A stretch of 64,000 nt of DNA from contig NC_083231.1 in NCBI RefSeq assembly GCF_032191835.1, positions 4,154,001-4,218,000 on the forward strand, in the 5' to 3' direction. The stretch's first letter is position 1. Every line of letters starts with the position of its first letter. Origin of the DNA: Heteronotia binoei. Lineage: Eukaryota. Of this stretch, positions 33,419 through 46,249 are shown piece by piece. A model generated the notes under the pieces. That model was not told the origin of the DNA and searched no databases. It saw only the letters and a list, made by a program, of their open reading frames with translations. A program made the position numbers and the translations under genes.

Positions 33419-35599
33419 ATCAGTATCATTTTGCTGCTGCCGTACATACCCTTGTGCCCACTATTACAGGAAAAGTAACAATTTCCAATGAAAACAAGAA
33501 GCCTGAAAAATTTCCTGCAGTGGTGTGAGAGGGGAGTGGTGGGCCCTGAGGGGATGGCTTTGGGAAAGATGGAGAATCCCCCTGATGGGTTCTCTGGTGC
33601 CATTGCAAACAGTGGCAACATGGGCAGGAATTGGCACTGGGTGGGTGCAGCCTCCCTATTCTGAATATATTTCTAACATTTATCTCATTTTTCTGCCCAG
33701 AAGCCCTGACCCCCAGTCCTGCTCAGAGGTGCCAAATGTTAGACCCCTGAACGCAGCACATGGGTGTGTGTTGTGGTACAGCTGGGATGATCCTGTGTGC
33801 AGAAAGAGGCTGTGCTCAGGACTGGATCTCCAGAGTGGCTCTGCGGAGCAGCACCAGAGTCCCCCTGCTGAAAACTGGCAGCAGCCAGGTCTTCTGGAAC
33901 AGGGACTCCCATCAGTCACTTTATCCAAGAACTTGGGTGCCAGCAGGAGAGAAGAAAAAGCCCACTTTTCCCGAGAGGGACTTTTAGATGTTTGTAGGCA
34001 TCCTGTTATTCTGTTTGTCATTTGTGGTAAATGATAAAAGAGAGAAAAAAATTGCAGAAGCACAGTGGATAGTCCTGGGCAAGCAGGGGCAGCAGGCAGT
34101 GGGACATCGAAGGCACTTGCTGGTGGGCAGGATGAATGGAGGACTGGGAGTCACAGGAGGCTGCCAGCCAGCCAGCCGATGGGGAGGGGGCAGGGACAGC
34201 ATCCCATCAATGGCGTGTCATTTCCGGTTTCAGCCCAGAAGTCATGTCCTGCTGCTTTGCAGAAACTCTGTGCTTTCACCCCTTATTTTTCCCTCTGCGG
34301 GCCTACCAAGTGGCGGGGGCGGGGAGGGGATTGTGCAGCTGCCAGCAGGTTTCCTGCTACAGGGGCTACACTAAGGAACACTGAGGGCCCAGGGTTGCTG
34401 CTGGCAGGCCAAAAGGCCGCAGATGATGGCAAACCTGTGACAGGCAGGGTAAGCAGGAGACGGCACTTCACACAGGTGGACACACGGAGGCTGCAGGAGA
34501 GCAAATTCTTAGACCTCTGTGTTCAACCTAGACCACTTTTGTCCCCACTGGTGGAATGGGTGCCACTCGTTGAGAGCCACTGTTCTAGAACCCATTTACT
34601 GCATTGATTCCACACCCCTACCTCTAAGAAGAAAATCTGGGCTATGTGCATATTTCCCCCTCCCTCATTTTATCCTCATAGCAGCCCTGATAAATAATTT
34701 AGGCAGGGGTCCTCAGCATGCAGGCCAATGATGGCACATCAGACCCTTTTGCGCATTACAGACTGCCAGCCTCCAGGTGGTGCCTGGAGCTCTCCCACTA
34801 TGACAGAGAGCAATTCCCTTGGAGAGCAGTTGGGCTGCTTCAGGTGCTTTGTGGCTGCCTTCCCCAGACCCCACCCTCAAGCTGGCAACACTCCTGCCCA
34901 AACAACCGGGACCCTGGCAGCAGGAGACGGCTACGGGTGTGGCTGATGTGCCCAGCACTGCCTCCCAGGCCGGCACAGTCCCTGGCTGAGTGCGAGGCGA
35001 ATCTCTGAGATGCTGGCAGAGCCACTGGGGCTCAGCTTGCTCCAAGCATGCCCAGCCAAGTGCAGCCATCGCTTCCCTCCCCTGTTTTGTTTGCTGTTTT
35101 ACCAGGTGGATGTTGCATGTCCAGTTGCCTTCATGGCTGAACAAGGACTTGAACCTGCTGCAACTGCTGCCCAGCACGGGCTTCACACTCACACACACAC
35201 AGATGTTTCAGGGACTGATGGGAGATGGCACATCACACTTGCAGGAGAGGGAAAGGCAGCAAATTCTTAGTATTTGTTGCAACAGTCCTGGTATAGGAAT
35301 CTTAAATGGAGTATAGGAAGTATTGCAATTAGGGGTAGGCACAAACTTCTATGAACTTCTCCATTGTGTTGAACCAGTTTGTGCTTTGGGAAGTTCAAGG
35401 GGCCACAGCCCCACCCAGAAGTGAGCCCCGAAGGCATTTAAAGGCTTTTGGAGCAGACCAAGGGTCTGATTCAGTATAAGGCAGCTTCATATGTTCATAT
35501 ATTCATATGTGCCTCCAGGGTGGCCTGACTGAGCTCATTCTCGGAGAGAAGACATTATGGCTTTTTGGGAGGAACTTTGGAAGGCTGTTAAAGGAAAAA

Positions 35600-38290
35600 A
35601 ACCTCAGTATTATTCTGGAAACTAGTCTCTGATCCATCATGTAGGTCACCAAATATATTTAATAGCCCTATTTTGCCAGATGCCTGGTTACATCATTATA
35701 AGTTGGTATATGGGGAAACAGTTACAAGCCCACTTAATTTTGGCATCATCCATAACTTACCAACTTGGCCTCCAATGGGGTGTACAGAAGTAGAGCAGCT
35801 CACTGATACTTTGAAGCCAGGGAAAGCCCCAGGCATTGACCTAATTCCACCAGAGCTATTTAAAATGAATGCAGATTGTGGGCCCCAGTTTGGGCAGCTT
35901 TGTTTTCACAAATTGATCAATCAAGATAAATTCCCAAGGACTGGGAGCAGCTATCATCATCCCCATATATAAAAAAAGGCAACAAAGAAGATCCAAACAA
36001 CTATAGGCCGATCAGCCTGTTGAGCGTAACAAGCAAGCTATATGCTAGACACTTATTGCCGAAATTTAGAGACTGGCTTGGGAAAGATTTTTGCCTAGGT
36101 GAGGAACAGGTTGACTTCAGAGAAGGTTGTGCCTTATTAAACCACTGCATGCTGTTGGACCACTTGCTTGTAAAATATTCCTCAAACTCAAGTGTGTCAT
36201 TATATGCTGCATTTCTAGACCTGAAGTCAGCTTTTGACTCTATCTCTAGGACCATCCTATGGGATAAATTAAGAGCCACCAACATTGATAGACGGCTGTT
36301 ATTTCTTATCCAGGCCCTTTATGATCAAACAACCATCTGGGTCAAATATTCCCATCAAGGCTATTTGACAGACCCCATTTCTACCTACAAAGGGATTAAG
36401 CAAGGATGCCTCCTGGCCCCCTACTTATTTAACTTCTATATCAATGATTTGGCGTCGCATATAAATAAACCCGAATGCCACCCACCGAAGCTAGGTAACA
36501 AACATAGGGGTGCTCTTTTATGCTGATGGTGCTGTTTTACTTTCAAGGACTCCCTTAGGCCTCAGAAGAACCTTGAAAGCTTTCGCTCAATATTGCCTGG
36601 AAAACAATCTAGAGGTAAATTACACTAAAACCAAAGTAATGGCCTTTGGCAAAAAGACATCCAGATCACACCATTGGTACTTAAAAATTCTATTCCCATT
36701 GAACAAGTTTCATGCTTTAAGTACCTGGGGGTCATGTTTCAAATTAATGGAAGAAGAACCACCGATATAAACATGATTACCTCAAATGCCAAAAGGAGTG
36801 CGGGGGCTATCCAAAAATTCTACTGGGGCAAAGGGGGTAAATGCATAATGATTGTTTAAGGCTAAATCCCTCTGCCAGCTTACATTTGGTGCCCCAATCA
36901 ACATCACTACAAACTACAAAAAACTGAAGAGTGTTCAATCAAAATTTTTAAGAACAGTTCTCCAGGTACCTAAGGGCATTCCGAATGCATTAATTAGAAT
37001 AGAAACTGGCATGATTACAGTAGAAACGAGGCTTTGGATTTTGGCCATCCAGTTCTGGTTGAAACTTGTGTTTTTTCTTAAGGGCTTGATCAGTTTAATT
37101 CTACAAGATACCTTGGTCCCAAGATGGATTAGGGCCATATTCATTATTACGGCCTTTTCCAAACAATATCTCAATTCTCTCACTTATGATAATGCTAGGG
37201 AGATAGTGACACAGAGAATACTGGACGTTGTCAGACAAAACAACCTCATTAGCACAACCAAATGGCAGCTCTGACAGAACCAATCAACAGGGTGACCCTG
37301 ATGAACATGAACATATGAAGCTGCCTTATACTGAATCAGACCCTTGGTCCATCAAAGTCAGTATTGTCTTCTCAGACTGGCAGCGGCTCTCCAGGGTCTC
37401 AGGCTGAGGCTTTTCACACCTATTTGCCTGGACCCTTTTTTGGAGATGCCAGGGATTGAACCTGGGACCTTCTGCTTCCCAAGCAGATGCTCTACCACTG
37501 AGCCACCGTCCCTCCCCCTACCTATATTGCTTAACAAACAATGAATACAGGAGAACGTTTACTCTTATGAGGTGGGACGTTCTCCCTTCAGTGGTGGTGG
37601 TGGGGAGATACAAAAAGGAGCTGTTCCAAGAACGATTATGTCCCTGCTGCTGCAATTAAGGTATCGAATATCTAGTCCATGTCATATTTGACTGTGAGGC
37701 TTATAATGATCATCGAGAAGTACTTCCATTTTCCACAGCCATACCTTTTACCAGTAGCCAAAAACTGCAACTCCGTATGAATCTTCTTAGCGGTAGAAAT
37801 CCTGAGGTTACATACAAATTAGCAAAATTTGGCTGGCTTGCCACAAGAATAAGGAAAACTCTAATGATTCAGTTAGGAAATGGCTAAACACCTTTGCCAA
37901 TCTGTTGGCTGTAACTGCCATGTTTTGTTATATTTGTAGTTTTATAACAGTATTTTATGCCTTTTATGTATGCTTTTATGGGCAGTCTGTTTTAACTTTG
38001 TATGATTTTACTGCTTTAAATGCTGGCTTAGGCAGTGAATAAATTATTTATTAAGGGAAGAAACAAAGAGGTCTAGACAGAGTTTTTAGTTCATCCTTGG
38101 TTTTAACACTAATTTTACATCTTCAGTGTCAGTGTCTTAAAGTCTGTATTCGTATTTTATGTATATTTTAGGTGGTATCATATTTTAGTGTATAATAATT
38201 ATTGTATATTTATATCACCTTTTATTGGTTATGAATTGGACTTTTATGAATCATTTGCTGGTTTATGACCCTTATAAGTAAATAAAAAAA
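35600..38290 (+). mobile_element. RTE/RTE-X-like LINE, 5'-truncated, frameshifted RT, interrupted by a SINE
   Basis: GKAPGIDLIPPELFK, NYRPISLL, AAFLDLKSAFDSISR, GIKQGCLLAPYLFNFYIND, YADG motifs; C-terminal Cys/His motif and A-rich tail near 38290. Confidence 0.8.
37299..37515 (-). mobile_element. Squam3-type tRNA-derived SINE, full-length monomer inserted in the LINE
   Basis: A/B-box head plus tail GGACCAAGGGTCTGATTCAGTATAAGGCAGCTTCATATGTTCATGTTCA. Confidence 0.85.
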
Positions 38291-38514
38291 TAAAAAGCAT
38301 TCTTGGAGTTCAGTCAGGTCGGGCAGCCTGACTCAACTGTGTCTGGTCACACCAGCCTGGCCCATTTAAATGCCTTTGGAACTCACTTCCAGTCACACTT
38401 GGCATTTAAATGCCTTTGGAGGTCATTTCTGGTGGGGCTGCCAGACCTGGAAGTAAGCTCTGAAGGTATTCAAAGACCTTCGGAGCCTGCACAAACTTCA
38501 CAGAGTTAGCAGTG

Positions 38515-38695
38515 GGGCTGTGCCTCAGGGACAGAACATCTGTTTTGTATGCAGAATGGCTTAGGTTCAATCCCCAGCATCAAGCCGTAGATGATGTGCA
38601 AGACCTCCACTTGAGACTGCAGAGAGATTCTGCCAGTGCCAGTCAGAGTAGATGGCATAGATGATTTTGACCTGGAGAGACCAGCAGTCTGGATC
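38515..38695 (+). mobile_element. Older, diverged Squam3/MIR-like SINE
   Basis: GGGGCTGTGCCTCAG..GGTTCAATCCCCAGCATC head and diverged body. Confidence 0.55.
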
Positions 38696-38830
38696 GTTCT
38701 AAGATAGCCTCAGTGTATTGAACGGGGGCCTCAAGGAAGTGTTTGCCCTGATCCTCTTGGACTCAGTGGGACTGACTTTGGAGTGAACAAGCCTAGGATT
38801 GCCTTCTCCCTTGATCTTGCCTTTTGCCAG

Positions 38831-38961
38831 GTATCTCCGGGAGTATGAATTTTGATGAGGACACAGATGAGGAGAAAGAAGCCAGGAAACCTTCAGGATC
38901 TCCTTCACTCTCTTCTGAATTGGAGAGACCGAGTTCTGCCATCAGTGAAAAATCTGCAGCC
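38831..38961 (+). CDS. TULP3: TULP3 coding exon 5 (131 nt)
   Basis: GISGSMNFDEDTDEE..LERPSSAISEKSAA; GCCAG acceptor, GCC|GTAAGT donor. Confidence 0.93.
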
Positions 38962-39418
38962 GTAAGTCCAGAACCCCCCTTTTCATTCCAGCAACCATCC
39001 CAGCCTCTGCTTTCTTGGGCCAGCCCCTGGGTTACCTGTGCTAATTCCACTTGTGAAGTCCTGCCAGGGACATTGGGGGGAGACTTTTTGTGGGGGGGGG
39101 GTGTTCTGATGGTTATTCTTCATGTTATTCTCATCTTTGACTGCCAAGGTGCCCAGTGCACTTAGGCTTGTGCATGCGCTTAGAGATCCTGCACCTTTCC
39201 TCAGTAAGAGCTCTGGGCGCATGGAGTGGAGCTTTCTTGTCCAGTTTCCTTTCCCTGCCTCTAGCCATGAGCACTCCTTTTGAAATTAAGACGCAGGTAT
39301 GCTTCTGTTCCCTTTACACGTATGCACGTGGAACGTGTCATCGTGTATCTCTATATGTGTATAAAGGTGTGTGTGGGGGGGGGCTTTTGAACAAACCGAG
39401 CGATCCTTTCTCCGGCAG

Positions 39419-39616
39419 GAGTTGGGTGCTTCCTCTGCTGTGCCGCCTCCGACGGATGCCCAGCTGGGAGAGATAGAAAACCTGGAGGAGTTTGTGCTGC
39501 ATCCTGCACCTCGTGGCATCACTGCCAAGTGTCGAATCACGAGGGATAAGAAGGGGATCGACCGAGGCCTCTTTCCAACTTACTACATGCACCTGGAACG
39601 AGATGACAACAGAAAA
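39419..39616 (+). CDS. TULP3: TULP3 coding exon 6 (198 nt; tubby domain start)
   Basis: [45 protein letters not shown]; CGGCAG acceptor, weak AAA|GTACTG donor. Confidence 0.95.
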
Positions 39617-41345
39617 GTACTGAGAACAACAAAAACTATGCCTTTCCTCAGTTCATATGGGGTGGTGTAGATTAAAAATATCAACAGGTTCAAGCTCGCC
39701 ACCAACAGAGGGCTCAAACTGTCGATGTAATAAGTGGAAATGATATTGCAGTATAAAATTCATTTATAAATATAATTTAAATGGTCAGTGGCCACATTGA
39801 CTGAAGTTTTTGGTGTTGCATGTTTCCTCCTCTCTGCTTGCACAACTCATAGACTTTCTTGATCAAAAATACGCAACGGTTTGTTATGACTTCCAAACTG
39901 AACAAAATGATAAGCTACATCTTGTTTCTTGCTTACAAACTATAATCCAAACTAGATTAGCCTCTCTCTCAGAATTCTGGTTTGCAGGCAAAGAATAAAC
40001 CACAATCTGTGGTATCTTCAGCAGCAGGGCAGCCTCAGAATGCATTCTTGCTGCAGTTGTTTTGATGATTTCCAGGTTGTGACGAGGTGAGGAAGTTGCC
40101 TCCCTGCTTGACTCTTGGCCCTCATGGCTGCCTGGAGGGGGTTGCAGGCGGAGTTCTGGGAATGGAAATGGCTTTACTAAGGCTGGCCTTGTCCTGGCCC
40201 CCTTGGAGGAAGCCCTGTGCAGGCGCCACAGGTTTAGAGAGCTGTTGGCAGGCTGGCCATCAGGGTCCCCCTCTTAGGCAGGCCGCTCAGGCGGGCGAGG
40301 AAAGCAAAGAGGGAGAGCCCACCCTGTGTGGAGGGGACGGGGCCGAAGGACCTCTTTAGGTCTGGCCAGGGCTATTGAAATGTCTCTTTTCCCTAAGACA
40401 ACTTTTTGGATTTGCCGGTATGGACTTTTTTTTTTAAACATCCTGACCAAATGGCAAAAATTATTTGTTTTTATCTGTGCTGATTAAATGCCCGCCCCCG
40501 AAGATTAATTTTTGAGAAAGAACGATTTCCTGAAAACATGGCATCCAGAGTATATGCTAAATTCAGACAATGTGGGGTAAGAACTAAAGCCGCCCTGAGC
40601 TGCTTCGGTGGGAAGGGTGGGATATAAACTGAAATAAACTGAAACGGAAGCCCTCATGGGAATTTGCAACAAAGCTGTGCATGGCTTGAATCCTAGGCCA
40701 AATTGCTGGCAAGCTCAGCAGATCAAGTCCATCTCAGTGAATATTGGTGCTAAATTTTCATAGATATTGGAATAGGCATGAGAAAAACAATCACCCCAGA
40801 AAGACAGAGATGTTATTGGCAATATTAACTTGTAGTTAGTAGTTACAATAAGTTATCCCCCTGTGTCTGTCTGCTGGCATCTATCCTGAACGACATCATG
40901 TTGTTACGACTCATAGTTGCTATCTTAATTTGAGTGGAAGCCATAATTGATCCTGGATGTCTGAATCTGGGAGGGTTCATCCTTCTTCATCATGCTGTTT
41001 CCCTGATCAAAAATCTCGCCCCCCCCCCCCCCCCCCCCGCAGCTTCTGTTAGATCTGCTAGGGTGGGAAATAAGAGCAGTCTTTTCAGCGAAATGAAAAG
41101 GTCGTGGAGCTTCTTTGTGGACAGATGTCTATAGGACAGTTCAGTATGAGGCTTCCAAAGCAGAGTTTGGGGTCTTGACCAGGGGAGCTGCCTCTGAAAG
41201 CCCCTTTTGCAGTCATGCGAAGCTGCAGGGGCATCTCCCGACAGCAGTGCCAAAACCGGAGGGAGGGATTTCAAATCTAAGCTGCTTTGTATGATATACT
41301 TTTCCCCCATAGCTCTTACACTGATAACAATGTTTGTATTTCTAG

Positions 41346-41458
41346 GTATTCCTTCTTGCAGGGAGAAAAAGGAAAAAGAGCAAAACATCAAATTATATAA
41401 TTTCAATTGATCCAACAGATTTATCCAGGGAAGGGGAAAGCTTTGTTGGCAAACTCAG
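41346..41458 (+). CDS. TULP3: TULP3 coding exon 7 (113 nt)
   Basis: [38 protein letters not shown] with the phosphoinositide-binding basic patch. Confidence 0.97.
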
Positions 41459-41710
41459 GTGAGATCAACAAAGAGATGAATAAATGAATGTATGAAGTTG
41501 TCTTATCAACCATTTGGTTCATCTGTCCCTCCCTATTCTGTGTGCCACAACAACTCCCCAACTCTCTGCTGCTGGTTGTTGATGCCACAGGATGAATTGA
41601 GAACCTCCAGCATGCAATGGGTGCCCCACTCAGCTGTGTCCCCTCTCCAAATAAGACATTTACTGACGTTTTGCTCTATGTCAGTTGCTGCGGTGGAGCT
41701 TGTGTCTTGG

Positions 41711-42125
41711 CAGAGGCGTCACTAGGGTGGGTTGCACCCTGGGGTGTAACTGATTCAAGTCACCCCCCCCCCATTGGTCATCACCCCTTTTGGAGGGCTG
41801 CGTCACCCCCTCCACACACAACCCCGCCCACTTCACATGGCCCCTCCCTCATCCACCCTCTGGTCACATGACCAGCCCCCGTAATCCAAGATACCAGTTT
41901 TGCAGCATTTAAGTTTCCCCCACTCACCCACACGCTTTTAGCTGAGCCGGCGGCAGCGCGGCCCCGATTTCAGAATCCTGGCCAGCCCACACACAGCAGC
42001 AGCGTTCTAGTCCCAGGGCCAGCCCCTTCCTGTTGGGGGGGGTCATGGGTCAGTGCCTGGGGCCAATGAGAATGCTCTGGGGGAGGGCCGATGGCCCCCT
42101 TGGCCCCGCCCTAGTGACGCCACTG
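41711..42125. mobile_element. hAT-type MITE (TIR CAG(A/T)GGCGTCACTAGGG)
   Basis: ~20-bp TIRs; flanks TGTCTTGG / TGTCTTGA (7 of 8 match). Confidence 0.8.
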
Positions 42126-42430
42126 TGTCTTGATTCCACCAAAACAGCTGGTCCTCTGCTGAGCTGGTTGCTTGTTGCAATGTATAGATTTACTATTAGC
42201 TTCCTCTTATAAATATGCTTGTTTCTGTGAAGAATCCTAACATCATGCTTGGCTAGATGGATAAATTGTTGGACTGTAGGGCATATGTCGGTGCAGGTGG
42301 AGAGAGTACCCATGCTTAAGTATTGCCATGTTTTGTCTGGGGCACCAAGGGTTAAGGCCTGCTTTGAGTGAAAGGTTGTTAACATTTCAGTGGAAATATT
42401 GTGAATGACTCTTGTTTTACCTTATCCTAG

Positions 42431-42545
42431 GTCAAATCTTATGGGAACTAAATTTACTGTCTACGATCATGGCATTAACCCAGTGAAGGCGCAGGGGCTT
42501 GTGGAAAAAGCACACACCCGGCAAGAACTGGCTGCTGTTTGTTAT
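42431..42545 (+). CDS. TULP3: TULP3 coding exon 8 (115 nt)
   Basis: [38 protein letters not shown]; CCTAG acceptor, TAT|GTAAGT donor. Confidence 0.97.
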
Positions 42546-43273
42546 GTAAGTGATTTCCTGTTGAGAACTGAGGGCAGAGGAAGGCTGAAAATCTTTCTTT
42601 GGTACTCCTTTGCTCTTTGCCACACTGAATGATTAAAACAGCTTCCATGTTGTGGCTAAGCCATTGAAAACCACAGCTGGGTGAATCAGTGGGAGGTTCT
42701 GATGTCAGCATTTAGTGTGGTGAATTTCTGAGGCAAAGCAGTTACAGGAAGCATACTAAAAGGTCTGTAAGCAGGACACTCTTTCTCCTGAATCTGTTTT
42801 TCCCATCAGGACAGTTCATTTATATTATGAAGTGGCCTTTAAGGAAAACAGTCAGGTGGTTTTTTAAAGCCTTCCACCAGCCTTGGCAAGAAACGCCCAC
42901 CAACCCTCTATTTAGAACATCCAGCCCCAGCCTTCATCAAAGTCCCCACTGGAGGACTTCACCCCCCACCCCTTGCCCCTCGACCAATAATGACCCTGGT
43001 GGCACTTTGCCGAACAAAAGAAACAGTAAAAACCAGCAGCAGGCAGAAGTGCCTGTGAGCTAGATATAAAAGTGGAGGGAACTTTGCTGCAGGTGTGGAT
43101 AGCAGAGACCATGGGGTACTGGTCCTATGAAGAAGAGGAGGAGATGGGATTTGAACACCCCCCTTCCAATCTCCATTCCCTTCCCCTCCCTGCAACAGAC
43201 ACCCTGTGAAGTAGGTAGGACTGAGAACTCTTTCAAGAACAGCTCTGAGAGAACTTGCGACTGACCCAAGTCA

Positions 43274-43773
43274 TTAGGGTTTGTAGAATCTTTCGGGATC
43301 AAGTGCCGTGTTCTGCTGGAGAAAGTTTTCCTTCCAGACGTTTCGTTCTCAGCTGCGGAGAACATCCTCAGTGGCGTTGCAGCCGGAGCAGGCGCTCAGA
43401 CCTTGGCTGCTGTGCATTGAGTGGGGCCAGGGCTGCTGGAGAGCTGCTATTTGCAGGCTGGAGGGGATGTGATGAAAGGGCAATTGGTTTGTGGATGTGC
43501 CCATTGTTTGGTGGGGCTTCCTGGAAGGGTAGTGATAAGGAAACTGGCTGTTGAATGTGACCATTGTTCTGTGTTAATTGCTGGGAAGGTTGGAAGGGGT
43601 TTGAAGATAAGGAAGATGGTTGTTGACTGTGCTGATTGTTCTGTGGAATTTGCTGGTTGTTCTGAGACTTTCTGCAATTTATAGTCTGTAGGGTGTTTTG
43701 CAGAGCTGGGTACCAAGATTGGTGGATGAAAATGCCTTCTTCCTTTCTGTTAAAATTGTGCTGGTGTTTGTAA
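43274..43773 (-). mobile_element. Penelope-like element 3' fragment, 500 bp, with 10-bp TSD ACCCAAGTCA
   Basis: YKHQHNFNRKEEG..WYPAL resembles the GIY-YIG C-terminus; TSD at 43264-43273 and 43774-43783; carries a hammerhead. Confidence 0.85.
43334..43374 (-). ncRNA. Minimal type I hammerhead ribozyme (predicted cleavage GUC|U between 43337 and 43336)
   Basis: CCA-CUGAGGA-U-GUUCUC/cgcagcu/GAGAAC-GAAA-CGUC-UGG: intact core, 6-bp stem II, palindromic loopless stem III (ACGU), 3-bp stem I. Confidence 0.85.
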
Positions 43774-44321
43774 ACCCAAGTCACACCAGCAGGTGTATGT
43801 GGAGGAGTGGGGAATCAAACCTGGTTCTCCCAGATGAGAGTCTGTGCTCTTAACCACTACACCAAGCTGACTAGTGGCTTTTGGGATGGATGTCTCCTGT
43901 CTGGAGTTGGCCACTTAGGAGAGGGTCATCAAAGGCTGGCAGTCTGCCTTGTGCAGTTTCAGGTTCCTGTGACAAAGGTGTTTTGGGGGCTTTTCCAGAG
44001 ACCATTGTTGGGCCGGGTGCAGCACATCAGACCTCCCTCCACATCCAGCCGTGTCCACAGTGAACCCCACGGCTTCCTCCGCCAGCCAGTGCTGCATCAG
44101 GGAGCAGAGCCACATCCCACTTGGTCTGCAGGGATCCCTGGTGTCACCTCCACCCCACCGATCACCGGCGCACGGTTGGGGGAGAAAAGGCCACTGGGGT
44201 ATCCAAAAGAGAGGCACGTTGTGGCTTTTTTTGCCAGACCCCCTGCCTGGCGTGTCTGCCTAGGCCCAGGCATAATGCGCTGTTGCGGTGGTAGTCCTCC
44301 ATGTCATGAGACTGCTGGGCA

Positions 44322-44490
44322 GCCCTGCCCCGGATAGCCCAGGCTCACCAGATCTTGGACGCTAAGCAGGATCAGCCCTGGCTAGGGTTTGGGTGGGAGA
44401 CCTCCAAGGAAGCCCAGGGCTGTGATGCAGGGGCAGGCAGTACATAGCAAACCACCTCGGAAACATCTCTTGCCCTGGAAAAAGTCCAGT
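44322..44490 (+). mobile_element. 5S rRNA-derived SINE, decayed
   Basis: GCCCTGCCCCGGATAGCCCAGG..GCTAAGCAGGATCAGCCCTGGCTAG..GGGAGACCTCCAAGGAAG. Confidence 0.7.
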
Positions 44491-45559
44491 TTGCCACCTA
44501 ATGGTGCCTAATGCTTCAAGAGCTGGAACTTCTGGCTGCCAGACAATCTTAGGATCCTCTCCATGGTCTCTATGCAGGCCACACAATGGGTGTGCCTGTG
44601 CTGTGCCTCCGTTTGGGAAAATTCTATTTCTTAGAGAGGCAGGCTTTTCCTCCGCTCTGAGGAGCAGGTACTAACTGGGCATACCTGGAGCGGAGGGAAG
44701 CCCTGCCTCAACTTCAGTTCCTTCCTTGCTACTATCTCCAGCTTAGTAGGATAAGCATTCATATTCAGACAACCTTTCTGCTGTGCTTTATCAGAAGGAT
44801 AAAGATAATCACTGACAATAGCCATTTAAATTGTTTTATTTAACTAAAACAATAACATAGCACGTGTATTCTCATTTTTGCTTACACTTCTGGCTCTCAG
44901 CATCTCCTCCTTTTCCAGACGTGCTCATCCCAGACAACCTTATATTCATTGAACTTCTTGAAACTTAGCACTTAAGAGATAAGGGGTGGATTCTCTGTGT
45001 ACAGATTTGGAGAGGACCAATGGGACTGAGGTTTCTTAAATCTCTATGTTTATAACATTTTTGCTGTGAAGAAGAGGCATGTGATCTCTGTAGACACAAA
45101 TTCACAGTTCTGAGAACTACAAAACCAAGCACCTGTGATAACATCTTCGAGACAGAAAAATAATCTTACAGAAATAATCTTGCCCCAAATAATCTTACAG
45201 AAACCTCTGGGAAAGCATGATATTGTGAAAAATTTAAAAAGGTCAAGGTAGTCCCCTGTGCAAGCCCCAGTCGTTTCCGACTCTGGGGTGATGTCTAAAA
45301 ACTAATTCTAACTAATAAACTTTGGACTATACTGTATCTTAAAAAGAAAATGATCTCTACATATTTTCTTCAGAAAGCAATTTTATTTTTTTAAAAATTG
45401 AATTTAAATAAATCCAATTTAAATAACATATCCAATTCTTTTTGACTTTTTCTTTAAAAAAGAATCATTGCTTTTTATCCACCCTAGTAAAAACTACATG
45501 ATAATACTAATAAAACAGTTAAATTAAATGGTGCCACATGTCTGTCCCACAAGGTAGGT

Positions 45560-46240
45560 GGGGTGGTTGGAAGACAATTCATATTCCCCCACAGGAGATC
45601 TTAACATAGAGAAGGCCACTGATTTCACAAACCATTGCTGTCCTCAACCATATGCCTGGGAGAAGTCCCTACGGACAGAGTTCTCACTAGGGAGAGAGTT
45701 CCACCAGGCTGGGGCCAGGGCTCAAAAGGCCTTGGCCCTGATTGAGGACAGCTGGATGGTTTTGGGTCCAGGGTCTACCAGTAAGTTGGTACCAGCGGAG
45801 GGTAATGCTCTCTGAAAGGCATATAGGAAGAGGCGGTCGTATAGATATGATGGTCCTGACTGTTTAGGGCTTTGAGAGTAAGTACTAAAACCTTCAACTT
45901 GATTTGGTCTTCAGTCTGGAGCCAGTGCAGCTGGTAGAGCACTGGTCATATGTGTACTCTCAGAGGGATTCCTGTAAGGACCCGCACAACTCGGTTCTAG
46001 ACCAGTTGAAGTTTCTGGAGCAAGTTCAAGAGCAGCCCTGCGTAGAGCAAGTTACAGTAGTCCAGTCTGGAGATGAGCATTGCATGGATAACCGTAGCTA
46101 GGTTATTCCGGGACAAGTAGGGGACAAGCTGCCGGGCTTGGTGAAGGTGGAAGAATGCCCTCCTGGCTATGTTTGTGCCCTGGGCCTCCACAGTAAGGGA
46201 GGCATCAAGAGCCACACCCAAACTCCTGATGGAGGAAGCT
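45560..46240 (-). mobile_element. L2 LINE ORF2 3' fragment
   Basis: GVALDASLT..RRAFFHLHQARQLVPYL..LATVIHAMLISRLDYCNLLYAGL. Confidence 0.88.
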
Positions 46241-46249
46241 GGTGCCAGC

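Larger units (their letters stand above)
43130..43870 (-). mobile_element. tRNA-derived SINE split by the Penelope insertion (halves ~43130-43273 and 43774-43870)
   Basis: The two halves are collinear with the SINE at 16773-17046 once the insert is removed. Confidence 0.8.

Noticed and set aside
22480-44490. 5S rRNA gene candidates (22480, 28605, 44322)
   Set aside because: Diverged, partial, and fused to SINE bodies.
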